From: a virus
Strand: one strand, 5' to 3'
DNA length: 64,000 nt
Virus record (IMG/VR): IMGVR_UViG_3300022674_000045
Location: 1-64,000 of that record
Part shown: piece by piece, positions 47,436 to 57,726 of the stretch
Position numbering within the stretch: position 1 is the stretch's first letter
Layout of the letters: each line of letters starts with the position of its first letter
The notes under the pieces: model-generated
Databases searched by the model: none
What the model was told of the DNA's origin: nothing
What the model saw: only the letters and a program-made list of their open reading frames with translations
Program-made: the position numbers and the translations under genes

Positions 47436-48167
47436 TTACCTCACAAAATCGACCACAATACTTTTGGTAAAGGGGGCGATATAAAAATTGAAATACCTAT
47501 CTCGATCAATATCGTTTGGATCCATAATCTTCAATGTTGCTTTTGTCACTTCTACTTGCCCGTAACCTTTTAAGAAAATATTGAATTTCTTTTCCCCAAC
47601 TGGGATTCCAAATAACTTTGCGTTTGTTGTCGTCATTAGACGATCTTTTATTACTTGAAGATTCCTGAAAATTGATTCTTTATTTGTAAAGTTTATTCTA
47701 CAAATTGATTCATAGATTTTGTCCATTTCATCGTACCGAAATGAAACACCTTTAATTGTTGTCTTCATTTCACTATCTAATGCAATATATTTTTTACGAT
47801 CAATTGACGAGATAAAGATTAGGAAATGCTTTCTAATATTCAACGGAATCCCCTTCAGGTCGTTTATACGGAGAGTTCTTGTTGTGATGATACCATCATA
47901 TTGTCTAAGCAAGATCTCACCGTCTGCCACATCATTGGCCCGAATATACTCATCTATAATCGACCTTGTGGTGTTCCTTAATAGAGATGTCAGGCGTGGA
48001 TTTTTTCGCATCATTTTACCAATTTGAATGTTGCGCTCGAGTTTATCTTCTTTATTAATTCCTGATAAATCCAATCCCAAATTTTGCATGATTGAATAGT
48101 GACAAGATTCAATATCATACAAATATACATCTCTTAGAACTAACTTTACATTTTCATTAATATTCAT
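47436..48167 (-). CDS. Minimal family-B DNA polymerase-like palm-domain protein
   Basis: YLYDIESCHYSI (motif A), RQYDGII (motif C), KKY, and IKG. Confidence 0.6.
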   Translation of the reverse strand: MNINENVKLVLRDVYLYDIESCHYSIMQNLGLDLSGINKEDKLERNIQIGKMMRKNPRLTSLLRNTTRSIIDEYIRANDVADGEILLRQYDGIITTRTLRINDLKGIPLNIRKHFLIFISSIDRKKYIALDSEMKTTIKGVSFRYDEMDKIYESICRINFTNKESIFRNLQVIKDRLMTTTNAKLFGIPVGEKKFNIFLKGYGQVEVTKATLKIMDPNDIDRDRYFNFYIAPFTKSIVVDFVR

Positions 48168-48176
48168 TGTGAATAA

Positions 48177-48203
48177 TGGGGTGAGGTCTTTTCCCCCACC
48201 CCA
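48177..48203. other. Intergenic stem-loop
   Basis: TGGGGTG/CACCCCA inverted repeat. Confidence 0.55.
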
Positions 48204-48209
48204 AACTCC

Positions 48210-48980
48210 TTACGCTAACAGACTAATAATAACGCCATCAATTTGGACATGATGGTTAATGTCTGTCACATCAGATTGACGTTCTAGCAACCAATCAATA
48301 ACTGTCTGGTATGTTGACATTTCATCAATTGATTTCGCTGATTGTTTATAAAGAAGCTGAACTGTTTCGAGATCAGCATTTTGCCCGAGTCTTTCTGGTA
48401 ATGGTGACCCTTGTCGATCAACCACTGTTAGCTCGGTATCTTTTTTCTTCAAACGCTCAATGTGATATGGAATGAGTTTTCCGCCGACCTGAGTACACAG
48501 CGTACAGATCAGTCCTGTTTTAACTCCATATGTTTTCACAAAGATTGTTTCATTATATTGATGAATAATTCTGAAACCGTTATTATAAACATCCATTGAA
48601 ACTGCGGGAAGATCTAATACTGGTGTTTCATCCGCATCATCGAATACTCTCAATGTGCGTTTGTCATTTCCATTTTCATCAACACCTTCCCCATTTTTTA
48701 CTGCCATGATCAAAGACTTGTTTGCATCAACCCCTCTGATCACTACTCTTACTTGATTGATATTATCAAGGGCCGAACCATTTCTATCAAACCAACTTGT
48801 GAGGTTTGTAAGAGATACAGAGTTTGCTGGAGCTACAGCTGGAGCTTCCTCAACTATTGGAGTCTCTGCTGGTGCAGCTTCCTCTTCCTCAATTGGAAGG
48901 TCTAAGTCGGTTTCTGAAAAAACCATTCCATTGTCTTCTGGTGTTGACTCTCTTACCATCTGTGATAAATTCTCATTCAT
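48210..48980 (-). CDS. Hypothetical protein with acidic N-terminus
   Basis: ORF; probable start 48980 downstream of AGGAG. Confidence 0.65.
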   Translation of the reverse strand: MNENLSQMVRESTPEDNGMVFSETDLDLPIEEEEAAPAETPIVEEAPAVAPANSVSLTNLTSWFDRNGSALDNINQVRVVIRGVDANKSLIMAVKNGEGVDENGNDKRTLRVFDDADETPVLDLPAVSMDVYNNGFRIIHQYNETIFVKTYGVKTGLICTLCTQVGGKLIPYHIERLKKKDTELTVVDRQGSPLPERLGQNADLETVQLLYKQSAKSIDEMSTYQTVIDWLLERQSDVTDINHHVQIDGVIISLLA

Positions 48981-49003
48981 GTTTTCATATTCTCCTTCTT
49001 TTT

Positions 49004-49345
49004 TTATTCTCTCCATTTTGAAGCATCACTTTCTGGATTCTCTCTCCATTTTTCAGGATCAATTATTGTATATGTTTCTAATGCTGCACCTGCAAGAGCC
49101 ATAACTTTAATTAATTCTTCATATGCCTTAACCGGTGCAAAACCTCCATTTTCATATTCAACACAAGTTTTCATCCATGGAGGAAGATCCTTATCCCATT
49201 TGCCTGCATAAGCGGCTTTAGCTTTTTCTATGTATTTTTCAAGGAATACCAGAAAGCTTGGAAAACTTAATGAGGGATCGTCCTTGTATTCTCCAAAAAC
49301 GCATCTCTCATAATCTCGTTCTTTTTCATACAATCTTTTTATCAT
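49004..49345 (-). CDS. MazG-like all-alpha protein
   Basis: EELIKVMALAGAALE C-terminal helix is typical of MazG-like phage proteins. Confidence 0.5.
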   Translation of the reverse strand: MIKRLYEKERDYERCVFGEYKDDPSLSFPSFLVFLEKYIEKAKAAYAGKWDKDLPPWMKTCVEYENGGFAPVKAYEELIKVMALAGAALETYTIIDPEKWRENPESDASKWRE

Positions 49346-49917
49346 GAGTTACTCCTTCTGAAATGCATATATAGTCTATCTAATAATAAATTTCTTGATG
49401 CATTTGAATCATCGTAGTGCATATTTAAAATTTCTAAAATATTCGTCGGGAGTGCTTTTTGAATATACTTTTGTGTCAAAGGTTTAGGAAATGGAATCTT
49501 TAAATCGAATGGTTTACTACTCCAATAATGTCTCATGTGACCGGCACTCTCTCCAGTCAACATCATTACAACACAACCATAATCATAGAATGTTCGATAT
49601 TTAAATTTTATTTTGCGGTAACGCCCAGCAATTATAGCATATTGATTTACTGCATATCTTGGAACTCTTTTATCCCTTGGATAATATTTCTTTTTATCAC
49701 CGGGCTTCAAGAACCATCTCTGCCAGTTATGAGGTAACATTTTTATAAACCCATCATAAAATTTCACAATATCACCTTTTCTTAAATACATTGCTGGATT
49801 ATCATCAAGATATTCTCTGATATATTGAACAGACCCGGCACCAGCAAATCTACCATTTCTATGATTTGTATATGCTTGATATGACCCTCTTTCTGATTGT
49901 TTATTCCACGGTAACAT
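49342..49917 (-). CDS. Basic hypothetical protein
   Basis: Likely start 49917 directly after the folE2 stop. Confidence 0.55.
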   Translation of the reverse strand: MLPWNKQSERGSYQAYTNHRNGRFAGAGSVQYIREYLDDNPAMYLRKGDIVKFYDGFIKMLPHNWQRWFLKPGDKKKYYPRDKRVPRYAVNQYAIIAGRYRKIKFKYRTFYDYGCVVMMLTGESAGHMRHYWSSKPFDLKIPFPKPLTQKYIQKALPTNILEILNMHYDDSNASRNLLLDRLYMHFRRSNS

Positions 49918-49918
49918 T

Positions 49919-50815
49919 TTACAAATACCTTTTTCCACTGAACCCTCCAGGAACTCCCTTCCAATTAATAGCGATAGCTTCAGATGTATGAATGGATTCT
50001 TCATGTGAACACTTTACAATCCAATCATGAATAGCTGGATTACCATCCAATACATTAGAGATTTCACGAATTGCATCTTCAACAAACATTGGATTTTCAG
50101 CCGCAACTCTTGCAATCTCCTGCTCATCAACTCTTTTAATTACAGGATATGGTAGGGTTTTAATTCTTGATTCAACTGATTCGATAATGTCCTCCAACCA
50201 AAGATAATTTGATTCTTCAACCTCGACTAAAATGTCAGCGAATGATCTTTGATTGTGAGGAAACCCTCGACTATTATTTTCTCCTAAATGACTACATAAT
50301 TCTGCTGAACACGGACAGTAAGATGCATATTGTATTCTCACACCCTGATAGAATCTGAATACATCTTCTAATTTATAAACGTCCACTGGTTCAACATTTG
50401 TTTTTGTCAATTCTAACTGACCTTCAAATCTACATCTGTAGTAAATTGGAAATTGGTTGTCAGATAAAATTGATTTGCGGTTGATCGGCATACGAAATTC
50501 AAACCGCATATAACTTGCTATACTTTCAACATTAACCTTTAAGTCTTCTAATATCTGTTTAATCAATTTGTGTTTCAATGGCAAATCCAAATATGGTTTT
50601 AGTGTCAGGAGAAGTCGAGACATTGAAATACCTTTGGTATCTTTGTCTAGGTGAGTCCGCATAGAAACATTTGCGTTTAGTTGATGGAATCCTCCGTATT
50701 TTGATTCTAATTTAAACGGAACCTCAACATTCTCGACCCCCACCTGTTGAATAGGGATGTGGATATTTGGAGATTCGCATTGAATATCTGGTAGACATTC
50801 TTTGCTATACGTCAT
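49919..50815 (-). CDS. folE2: GTP cyclohydrolase IB (FolE2)
   Basis: PDIQ, QVGV, KGISMSR, CPCS, HNQRS, KRVDE, NPMFVEDAIR, ESIH. Confidence 0.92.
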   Translation of the reverse strand: MTYSKECLPDIQCESPNIHIPIQQVGVENVEVPFKLESKYGGFHQLNANVSMRTHLDKDTKGISMSRLLLTLKPYLDLPLKHKLIKQILEDLKVNVESIASYMRFEFRMPINRKSILSDNQFPIYYRCRFEGQLELTKTNVEPVDVYKLEDVFRFYQGVRIQYASYCPCSAELCSHLGENNSRGFPHNQRSFADILVEVEESNYLWLEDIIESVESRIKTLPYPVIKRVDEQEIARVAAENPMFVEDAIREISNVLDGNPAIHDWIVKCSHEESIHTSEAIAINWKGVPGGFSGKRYL

Positions 50816-51089
50816 GGATTTTATTCTCCTCTAATATTAATTTGAATATCTCTCTTTCAAATTGCTCCTTCCACTCTTCAAATTCTTCATAACCTTTTTC
50901 ACCGTATATCGGACCAATATTGTGAGTCCTATCATTTGAGCAATGAATGTTAAGAGCGGCTTGAACCCAAAGATCTGGGTTTGTATCTCGAACCACTTTA
51001 CCACTTTCATCAATATAGAAATAATAATCAGTTCTTTCATATGTGGCAGCTAATAATCCACCACATGTTTCACAATGTCTATCTTTCAT
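50805..51089 (-). CDS. Small Zn-finger-like protein
   Basis: CETCGG...C...H. Confidence 0.6.
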   Translation of the reverse strand: MKDRHCETCGGLLAATYERTDYYFYIDESGKVVRDTNPDLWVQAALNIHCSNDRTHNIGPIYGEKGYEEFEEWKEQFEREIFKLILEENKIHDV

Positions 51090-51343
51090 AGGACTAAATC
51101 CTTTGGATCAAAATATTGTGGGTCTACTGGCTTTTCTTCTTCAACTTTCTTTTCAATTTTTACATCACCAACAATACCTTCTTTTGCTCGTAATTTATCA
51201 ACCTGTTCGTTTATTGATTTAACTCTTGCTTTTATTTCTTCGAGTCTTGATCTTGGACCTGCTGGTTGCCAGTCATAAGAAAATGATGAAGTATCTGATG
51301 AAGAAGAAGCATAATCGTAATAGTAATCACTCAACATTGTCAT
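51086..51343 (-). CDS. Small hypothetical protein
   Basis: ATGA-coupled to the rpoB-like stop. Confidence 0.6.
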   Translation of the reverse strand: MTMLSDYYYDYASSSSDTSSFSYDWQPAGPRSRLEEIKARVKSINEQVDKLRAKEGIVGDVKIEKKVEEEKPVDPQYFDPKDLVL

Positions 51344-54300
51344 TTGTGATCAACTCCTATCACTGTGAGATATGAGTTCAATAGCTTTACTGATTCTGGC
51401 ATTGTATCAAGTTCTTTTGTATCATCCAGAAGATTTTGCTCAATGAACCCCCTGATATAACTATTTTTCAAATCAATACAATCTGATTTGGTTGTTAAGA
51501 ACTCAAATAAATTGCATGGAGCATCATGACCGATCAAACATGCGGTTTCCATTTCACCACATCTCTGACCGCCCTTATTCTTTCTGCCACCCAATGGTTG
51601 AAGCGTTCTTCGTGCATATGCTCCAATACCACGAGCGGCCAATTTCTCTTCTGCAATATGAACCATTCTAAAGAAATAAATATAACCAACAGCAATTTCA
51701 TTTATAATTTCTGCTGCTGACAATGGGTCATATAATTTTTGTTTGAAATCTGTCCCTGTATATTCTAATGCCTTTTTAACATCTTCTAAACATGATGATT
51801 CAAATGGAGGCTGTATGATTGATAAATCTTTAATGAAAGAAACTGTAATCTTTTCTGGCATTTGTTGTTCAAACTGATTGTAATACCATCCACCATTTGT
51901 TTTGTCAATAATTTTTATGTAATTCAAGAGATACTTTTTAATATCACTTTGTTTTTCTTTTGCATTTAACATCTTTAGCATATTGATTTTCAAATCTTGA
52001 ACTGACATGGCCATATGCAATTCATAAAGCTGGCCAATGTTCATTCTTGAAATGATACCCAATGGGTTGATACAAATATCAAGATGTCGTCCGTCTTTTA
52101 ACTTTGGCATTTTTTCATGGGGAACTATTCTTGAAATGACACCTTTGTTACCATGTCTATTCGCCATTTTATCACCAACCTGAACTTTACGGAAATGAAC
52201 ACCATACATCTCAATTTTTATTCCTGCAATTTTTTCTCTTTTAAACTTGTATTTTCCAACATATGAAAATTTATCAAGATTGTTTTCTCGAATTATCTTC
52301 AATGCTTCATTTTTCTCAAACGTATCTTTAATGATTTTTTGAAGATATTTCTCTTTCATTTGTTGTTTGGATATTCTCTTTTCAACCCATTCTTGAAATT
52401 GTGGAATTTCATTATTCCATTCATTTGCAAATAAGTTCACTTCTGAAATGATAAAATTCCTTTTTGCTTCCAGAGTAATTGGTTCCGAGAATACTGAATA
52501 TTGATCTTCGGAATTTAACTTTTTAATTATTGCATATGGGTCGCCTCGATTTATTCTTTCGAGTTCGTCTGGAAGTGGTTTGTATTCGTCTTTTTCTAAT
52601 GATAATAAAACTTTATCTGGAGTTAATGTAAATGATAAATCTTCATAATGAACAGATGTTAAAACATCTTCATCAACCAATCTTTTTGAAATTACAATTC
52701 CATCTTCATAATTGTTTCCATAATAGACCATGACACCAGTTAATAAATTTTTACCAATGTTAATTTTTCCATCAAAACAAAAATTGCTTTCAGCAAGAAT
52801 ATCCCCAGCTTTAAACTTATCTCCTGGTTGGACATAAATATTCATTACATCCATATGTTCGACATATATTTTTCTATATGCAACATTGAAAATATCTGGT
52901 TGACCATCTGAATACATTACTATAATATATTCTTTATCAATGTGAACTACCTCTCCATCTTTTTTTGCTTTTTTAACAAACTGTGTCTGATCAGAATACA
53001 ATCCTTCACATCCTGAAGCAATCAATGGTGGATCAAAATTCTTTAACATGATTGATTGGCGCATTTGTGAGGATGCCATTTGTAATCTTGTTTGATCATC
53101 ATGTTTTAAGAACGGCGTCATTGATACAGGAATTGATAATGGTTGCTTTTCACATATCTCCCTTGTAAACCGAAGATCTTCATCTACTTTAACATTGGGT
53201 ATTAGGTTTTGTAGAACTCCACAATTATCACGATCAGGAGTATCTACTGGGCATATACGACCAAACATTGTTGGGCATATATCTCTTAAATGGCTTGGTA
53301 TGTTTTCTCTTTTAAAACCACCAGGCCCCAACAGGCTAATTCTTGAAAGCTTTGTTAATTCTTCAACTGGATTAATAGAAAAATCAAATTGAACTATATC
53401 AGAAACATTACACTCCGATAAGATTTGTGTGGTATTTGTACTAAATTTTGGTTGTCTTGCTGTCCGGTTTGAAAAACATAAATCGAATATTATCTTTGAA
53501 ACTTTTGCACCAACCATATATTCAAAACATCTAATTCTTTTATTTGTAAATAATGTATCATCGACAAATCCTTCCTCAATAATATAAAGGATTTCATCTA
53601 ACAATGTATCTTTGAAGAAGAATTTTCTGCTTATTGGATCAACTTTTGGAATTAAATCAATAGCATATAAAATATCTTCGCCTTTGGATTTTGCATTATA
53701 TTTTGAATACTTTCTTCCAAGTTCAGAAACAAAATCGTCTTGAGTATAACCTCTTGAATTATCCATTATATCGTCAAGGTCAGCTCTTAAAATTTCATAT
53801 AAATTTTCTGACTTGAGATCAATTGGTGCTGATAAATTGAACTTGCTTTTTATTTCATCAGCTGTATAATAAGCGCATAATACATTTACTAATGAGATTT
53901 TCTTACCAAGAAAACTCATTTTAACAAACGGTCTTTCACGAGTGTCAAGAAACAACATAATTGTTGCAACATTTGTCCGAATCTTAATATTCTCACCTCT
54001 TGTTACAACCGGAATATCAAATAATTGAAATAGAGGAACTTTTCTTCTTCCATTGATGATAACATAATTGTTGTCAATCAACTTCGGAATGAAAATGCTC
54101 AAATCAATATTTGCACTTCCTTTTTGAAGTTTGATTGCTAATGTTTGCTTGACTGTTTTTGATAATTCGCCAGATGAAAATCTGGAATCTTTTAAATCTA
54201 ATTCTGTAATTGTAAATCCAATTTCTTGTACTGGAGCAACTATTTCTCGGACTAACGGTAAAATTTGGTCATAGTCTTTTCTTCTCATTGTGAAGATGTT

Positions 54301-54345
54301 ATTAGCTTCGTCTTGAAGCTTAAAAGTAGGATTAATTATGTCCAA
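51340..54345 (-). CDS. rpoB: Multisubunit RNA polymerase beta subunit (compact, unsplit, 1001 aa)
   Basis: IINGRRKV, GPGG, GRICPVDTP, PFLKHDD...MRQ, GKNL...NYEDG, GDKMANRHGNKG, NPLGIISRMNIGQ, QPLGGR...GGQRCGEME. Confidence 0.95.
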   Translation of the reverse strand: MDIINPTFKLQDEANNIFTMRRKDYDQILPLVREIVAPVQEIGFTITELDLKDSRFSSGELSKTVKQTLAIKLQKGSANIDLSIFIPKLIDNNYVIINGRRKVPLFQLFDIPVVTRGENIKIRTNVATIMLFLDTRERPFVKMSFLGKKISLVNVLCAYYTADEIKSKFNLSAPIDLKSENLYEILRADLDDIMDNSRGYTQDDFVSELGRKYSKYNAKSKGEDILYAIDLIPKVDPISRKFFFKDTLLDEILYIIEEGFVDDTLFTNKRIRCFEYMVGAKVSKIIFDLCFSNRTARQPKFSTNTTQILSECNVSDIVQFDFSINPVEELTKLSRISLLGPGGFKRENIPSHLRDICPTMFGRICPVDTPDRDNCGVLQNLIPNVKVDEDLRFTREICEKQPLSIPVSMTPFLKHDDQTRLQMASSQMRQSIMLKNFDPPLIASGCEGLYSDQTQFVKKAKKDGEVVHIDKEYIIVMYSDGQPDIFNVAYRKIYVEHMDVMNIYVQPGDKFKAGDILAESNFCFDGKINIGKNLLTGVMVYYGNNYEDGIVISKRLVDEDVLTSVHYEDLSFTLTPDKVLLSLEKDEYKPLPDELERINRGDPYAIIKKLNSEDQYSVFSEPITLEAKRNFIISEVNLFANEWNNEIPQFQEWVEKRISKQQMKEKYLQKIIKDTFEKNEALKIIRENNLDKFSYVGKYKFKREKIAGIKIEMYGVHFRKVQVGDKMANRHGNKGVISRIVPHEKMPKLKDGRHLDICINPLGIISRMNIGQLYELHMAMSVQDLKINMLKMLNAKEKQSDIKKYLLNYIKIIDKTNGGWYYNQFEQQMPEKITVSFIKDLSIIQPPFESSCLEDVKKALEYTGTDFKQKLYDPLSAAEIINEIAVGYIYFFRMVHIAEEKLAARGIGAYARRTLQPLGGRKNKGGQRCGEMETACLIGHDAPCNLFEFLTTKSDCIDLKNSYIRGFIEQNLLDDTKELDTMPESVKLLNSYLTVIGVDHK

Positions 54346-54358
54346 GATTTAAACCTCC

Positions 54359-54544
54359 CTATTCTTTATATTCTTTTTGGTACTCATTCAAACATTTTTC
54401 TAACTTGTCATCCTCAACATAGTAAGGATCTTGATTCATATTTAAAGTGTTCATTATAAGTTGCGTTAGACGGAGATCCGGGTTTGCTACCCAGATCTCA
54501 CGAATACGCTCTAAAATTCTATTAATTCTTTTCGGGTCTCTCAC
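54359..54544 (-). CDS. DUF1040/YihD-like small protein
   Basis: MRDPKRI..IL..I..IW...PDLRL.QL...D.YY.ED. Confidence 0.7.
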   Translation of the reverse strand: MRDPKRINRILERIREIWVANPDLRLTQLIMNTLNMNQDPYYVEDDKLEKCLNEYQKEYKE

Positions 54545-57261
54545 GTTATCTTTTCTCCCTTGAGAATCTTATCCATAACTCCAGAATATCTTCCTTCATA
54601 TAAGATTCCCTGTAATATTGATCTCTTTGGATTTGAGAAAGCCATTGCTAATATCCAGCTTTCTTGGTTTGGTACAGATTGAATGCTGTAATAATCGGGT
54701 TCAACTACAGCCCTATCATCTTTCAACCGCCACTTTCTGTAATTTTTCCACATAAGCTGTGCAACAACACATTCAAAATGTACATGGTATATATCTTTAT
54801 CATATACTGCAAATAAATCATGAACTATGTCTGTATATGTTTTTCCCCTAAATTTGTGTAGTAACTGTGCGACTGATGATAGATCACCAATGATGTCTTT
54901 TTGTCTTACCGTTGGATCATTTGGATCACTTGGCTCACCTTGTTCGCCTTTGATAACAGCAGATCCAGATGTATGGAATGTTCGCAGAACCAATTGAGTT
55001 CCTCTTTCACCAAGGGTTTGTGCTGCAATAATTCCTATAAATCTACTGTTCAAACTTTTGTATAAATCTCCGTAACATGTTTTGCATATTTTTGGATTTT
55101 TACAAAGTATCGGACTTCTAATTTCAATTAGTTTTCCGACCAATTGTTTGTAATTATTTTTTGTTATTAATTGAAGACCATCATTTTCTTTGTAATATCT
55201 GTTAACCAACATTCTTGCTTTTCGTTCTGAATTAACATCGACTTGTAAAAAGTCATCAGTTCCACAATCATCTAATTGATCATCAATCTGTAAATTAGCA
55301 CATGTAAAAATTAATTTTCTTGAAAGATAACCAGATGTTCCTGTATTCAATGCAACATCAAGAAGACCCTTTCTACAACCATATGTTGAAAAGAAAAACT
55401 CTTCTGGGGTCAATCCTTCGATTAAGGAATGTTTAATTGGGGTTGGTAAAATTTCCCCATCAAAATTTGAAATGAAACCACGACTTAAAATTAATTGTTT
55501 AACCTGATCCCAAGTACCTCTTGCGCCTGACTCAATCATATATGCATATTTAAAATGATCTTTCAATTCATTAATCATTTTATCATCTGAAAGAGCTGTT
55601 AACTGTTCTCTAAGATCGCCTTTTGAAAAAACTTCATCTCTTATCTCTTGTGCTCTATCAAGAGAAAAATCATCTAACGACATTGTACAACCATATAATG
55701 TTGCATATTTGAATCCAATTTTCTTTACATTGTCCAAGATTTGAATTACTTGTTCTGGTGGATATTTATCTTTAACATTATTCAATATTTCCATCAGTCT
55801 TCCTTTTGCAATTATTCCTGTTACTAAAGGATAATCTTCAGGAAGTTGATTATTAAATTCTGCTTCTCCCCATGGAATTTGTTTTCCCTTGCATGTTAAT
55901 TTCTCTTTTGATTCATTAAATATCGGGGATGTTAAATAATAAATTCCGAGAATAACATCTTGGCTTGGAGTTGTTGTAAGAGTTTCATTTGCTGGGCTAC
56001 TTAAATTTTTCACAATAGAAATTTTTGCTATAACTTCTTCTTTTGCTTCACTTGTAATTGGGACATAAACTGCCATTTGATCTCCATCGAAATCTGCATT
56101 GAATGGCGGGCATACTAATGGATGAATCTTAATAACATGATCGGTTGTTAATTTAATTTTAAATGCAAGCATCCCTAATTTATGAAGCGATGGTTGTCGG
56201 TTTAATACACAATATTCATTTGTAATAACTGTTTCGCAAACTCTATAAAGAATCAAATTATCTTTATCAATACATTCATCTACAAAATCAATTGCTTTAT
56301 TCAACAACTTAAATTTTCCCAACTCAATAATTCTTTTAGCTATTGGTAATTTAAATATTTCTAATATCATCAAATATGGTAATTTACATTCATCCAACGC
56401 TAATGTTGGGTCAGGAGTAATAACGGCTCTACCAGAGAAATCAATTCTTTTACCAAGAATATTTCCACGAATCAATCCCTCTTTCTTTGCCATTTTTTCT
56501 AAAATCCTTGTGTACAACTCATTGACATCTTTCTGTAATTGTTTGAAATATGTATAATACACGGCTTTATCTCTGTGAATATCAATAATTGTATCTTTCA
56601 TTATTTCTTTTTTCGTTAATATCTGGACATAATATCTATTTATTTTGTCCATTAATTGTTTGGCTTCTCCTGAGCTTTTTGATGTTGGTCTTAAATCTGG
56701 TGGGAGAACTATAATTTGATCAATTAACAAATTATCAATATTCTCCATTACAGTTTCCCATTCCTTTACATTATCAGCTAAAGCATCTTCAGCATATGTT
56801 TTGACCAACTGTAGAATTGCATCTGTTCGCTCCCACCTTTGTGCATCAATGGGGATTGTATCTTCATTCATCGTAACAACAAATTCTTCGTCTGTCATAT
56901 AAAGAACGCTTTTGTCATTACGCATTAAATCATCCAATGCTTTTTTGAAATTCTTTCCTGCAATATCAACTAACAAATCATAAAACAATGGATTTACAAC
57001 TTTAATTGGAATTGTGATTTTAGCAAATCTTTTTCTTCGTTCATCACTGTTAACTATGTCCACGCCACATTCTTTACATTGCCCGCCGACTTTTGAAACA
57101 CCATGATATTTTCCACATTGACATGTATAATTTCTCACGGGTCCAAAAATTTGCTCAGAGAATAATCCTTCAGAATGAAATTTTCTTTTTCCGAATGTTT
57201 TTAGAGACGTTACTTCGTCTAGGTTTTCACAAAAAGATGCGTAATCTAAAATCTTTGGCAT
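54541..57261 (-). CDS. rpoC: Multisubunit RNA polymerase beta' subunit (compact, unsplit, 906 aa)
   Basis: GLFSEQIFGP, CQCG..C..C, VLPPDLRP, LGKRIDFSGR, LNRQPSLH, catalytic NADFDGD, SGARG, T..SGYL.R, GERGTQL.LRTFH. Confidence 0.97.
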   Translation of the reverse strand: MPKILDYASFCENLDEVTSLKTFGKRKFHSEGLFSEQIFGPVRNYTCQCGKYHGVSKVGGQCKECGVDIVNSDERRKRFAKITIPIKVVNPLFYDLLVDIAGKNFKKALDDLMRNDKSVLYMTDEEFVVTMNEDTIPIDAQRWERTDAILQLVKTYAEDALADNVKEWETVMENIDNLLIDQIIVLPPDLRPTSKSSGEAKQLMDKINRYYVQILTKKEIMKDTIIDIHRDKAVYYTYFKQLQKDVNELYTRILEKMAKKEGLIRGNILGKRIDFSGRAVITPDPTLALDECKLPYLMILEIFKLPIAKRIIELGKFKLLNKAIDFVDECIDKDNLILYRVCETVITNEYCVLNRQPSLHKLGMLAFKIKLTTDHVIKIHPLVCPPFNADFDGDQMAVYVPITSEAKEEVIAKISIVKNLSSPANETLTTTPSQDVILGIYYLTSPIFNESKEKLTCKGKQIPWGEAEFNNQLPEDYPLVTGIIAKGRLMEILNNVKDKYPPEQVIQILDNVKKIGFKYATLYGCTMSLDDFSLDRAQEIRDEVFSKGDLREQLTALSDDKMINELKDHFKYAYMIESGARGTWDQVKQLILSRGFISNFDGEILPTPIKHSLIEGLTPEEFFFSTYGCRKGLLDVALNTGTSGYLSRKLIFTCANLQIDDQLDDCGTDDFLQVDVNSERKARMLVNRYYKENDGLQLITKNNYKQLVGKLIEIRSPILCKNPKICKTCYGDLYKSLNSRFIGIIAAQTLGERGTQLVLRTFHTSGSAVIKGEQGEPSDPNDPTVRQKDIIGDLSSVAQLLHKFRGKTYTDIVHDLFAVYDKDIYHVHFECVVAQLMWKNYRKWRLKDDRAVVEPDYYSIQSVPNQESWILAMAFSNPKRSILQGILYEGRYSGVMDKILKGEKIT

Positions 57262-57266
57262 GTGTT

Positions 57267-57521
57267 TTATTCTCCTATGGTTCCAAATTTATTAACAAGA
57301 AATTCACCTATTTCATAGAAATGTTGTTTCACCTTGTCTGAAATAATTCGATCTAAGTCTGGCATCAATTCTCGAGCCACAATTCTTATATCATCAATTG
57401 CAAGGTCTATTAATCTTTCTCGTAGAGCTTTATCAATAAGTTTAACAATTTCTTGTTCGAGCATTGAATGTTGTTCTTCTTCCATAATGTCTTTAGGAAA
57501 TAATATCTTTTTCTCTATCAT
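57267..57521 (-). CDS. Small hypothetical protein
   Basis: ORF track; operonic. Confidence 0.6.
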   Translation of the reverse strand: MIEKKILFPKDIMEEEQHSMLEQEIVKLIDKALRERLIDLAIDDIRIVARELMPDLDRIISDKVKQHFYEIGEFLVNKFGTIGE

Positions 57522-57726
57522 TACATTTCCCTTTTCCTGATATTTTCTCTTTTGCTTTTATTGCATATTTGTCTGCAACATCAGAGAAAACATCTTTTGT
57601 TCGCTCTACAAGAGCATCAAATATATCTCTTGAAGCAGATTTTACTGCTTTTGTTAATTCATCAACAACCCCACAAGCTTTCTCTGTGAGTTGTTCATCC
57701 GTTAGTCTCTTATTGTCGTTTGCCAT
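57493..57726 (-). CDS. Small helical hypothetical protein
   Basis: ORF track; SD AGGAG. Confidence 0.6.
   Translation of the reverse strand: MANDNKRLTDEQLTEKACGVVDELTKAVKSASRDIFDALVERTKDVFSDVADKYAIKAKEKISGKGKCNDREKDIIS

Noticed and set aside
51340-57261. Bacterial chromosomal rpoBC (host contamination or chimera)
   Set aside because: Reversed order, much shorter subunits, no ribosomal protein genes, and composition continuous with flanking phage genes
42237-57261. Inteins or introns in terL, rpoB, rpoC
   Set aside because: ORFs are continuous and compact; no intein-sized insertion with C...HN ends was noticed
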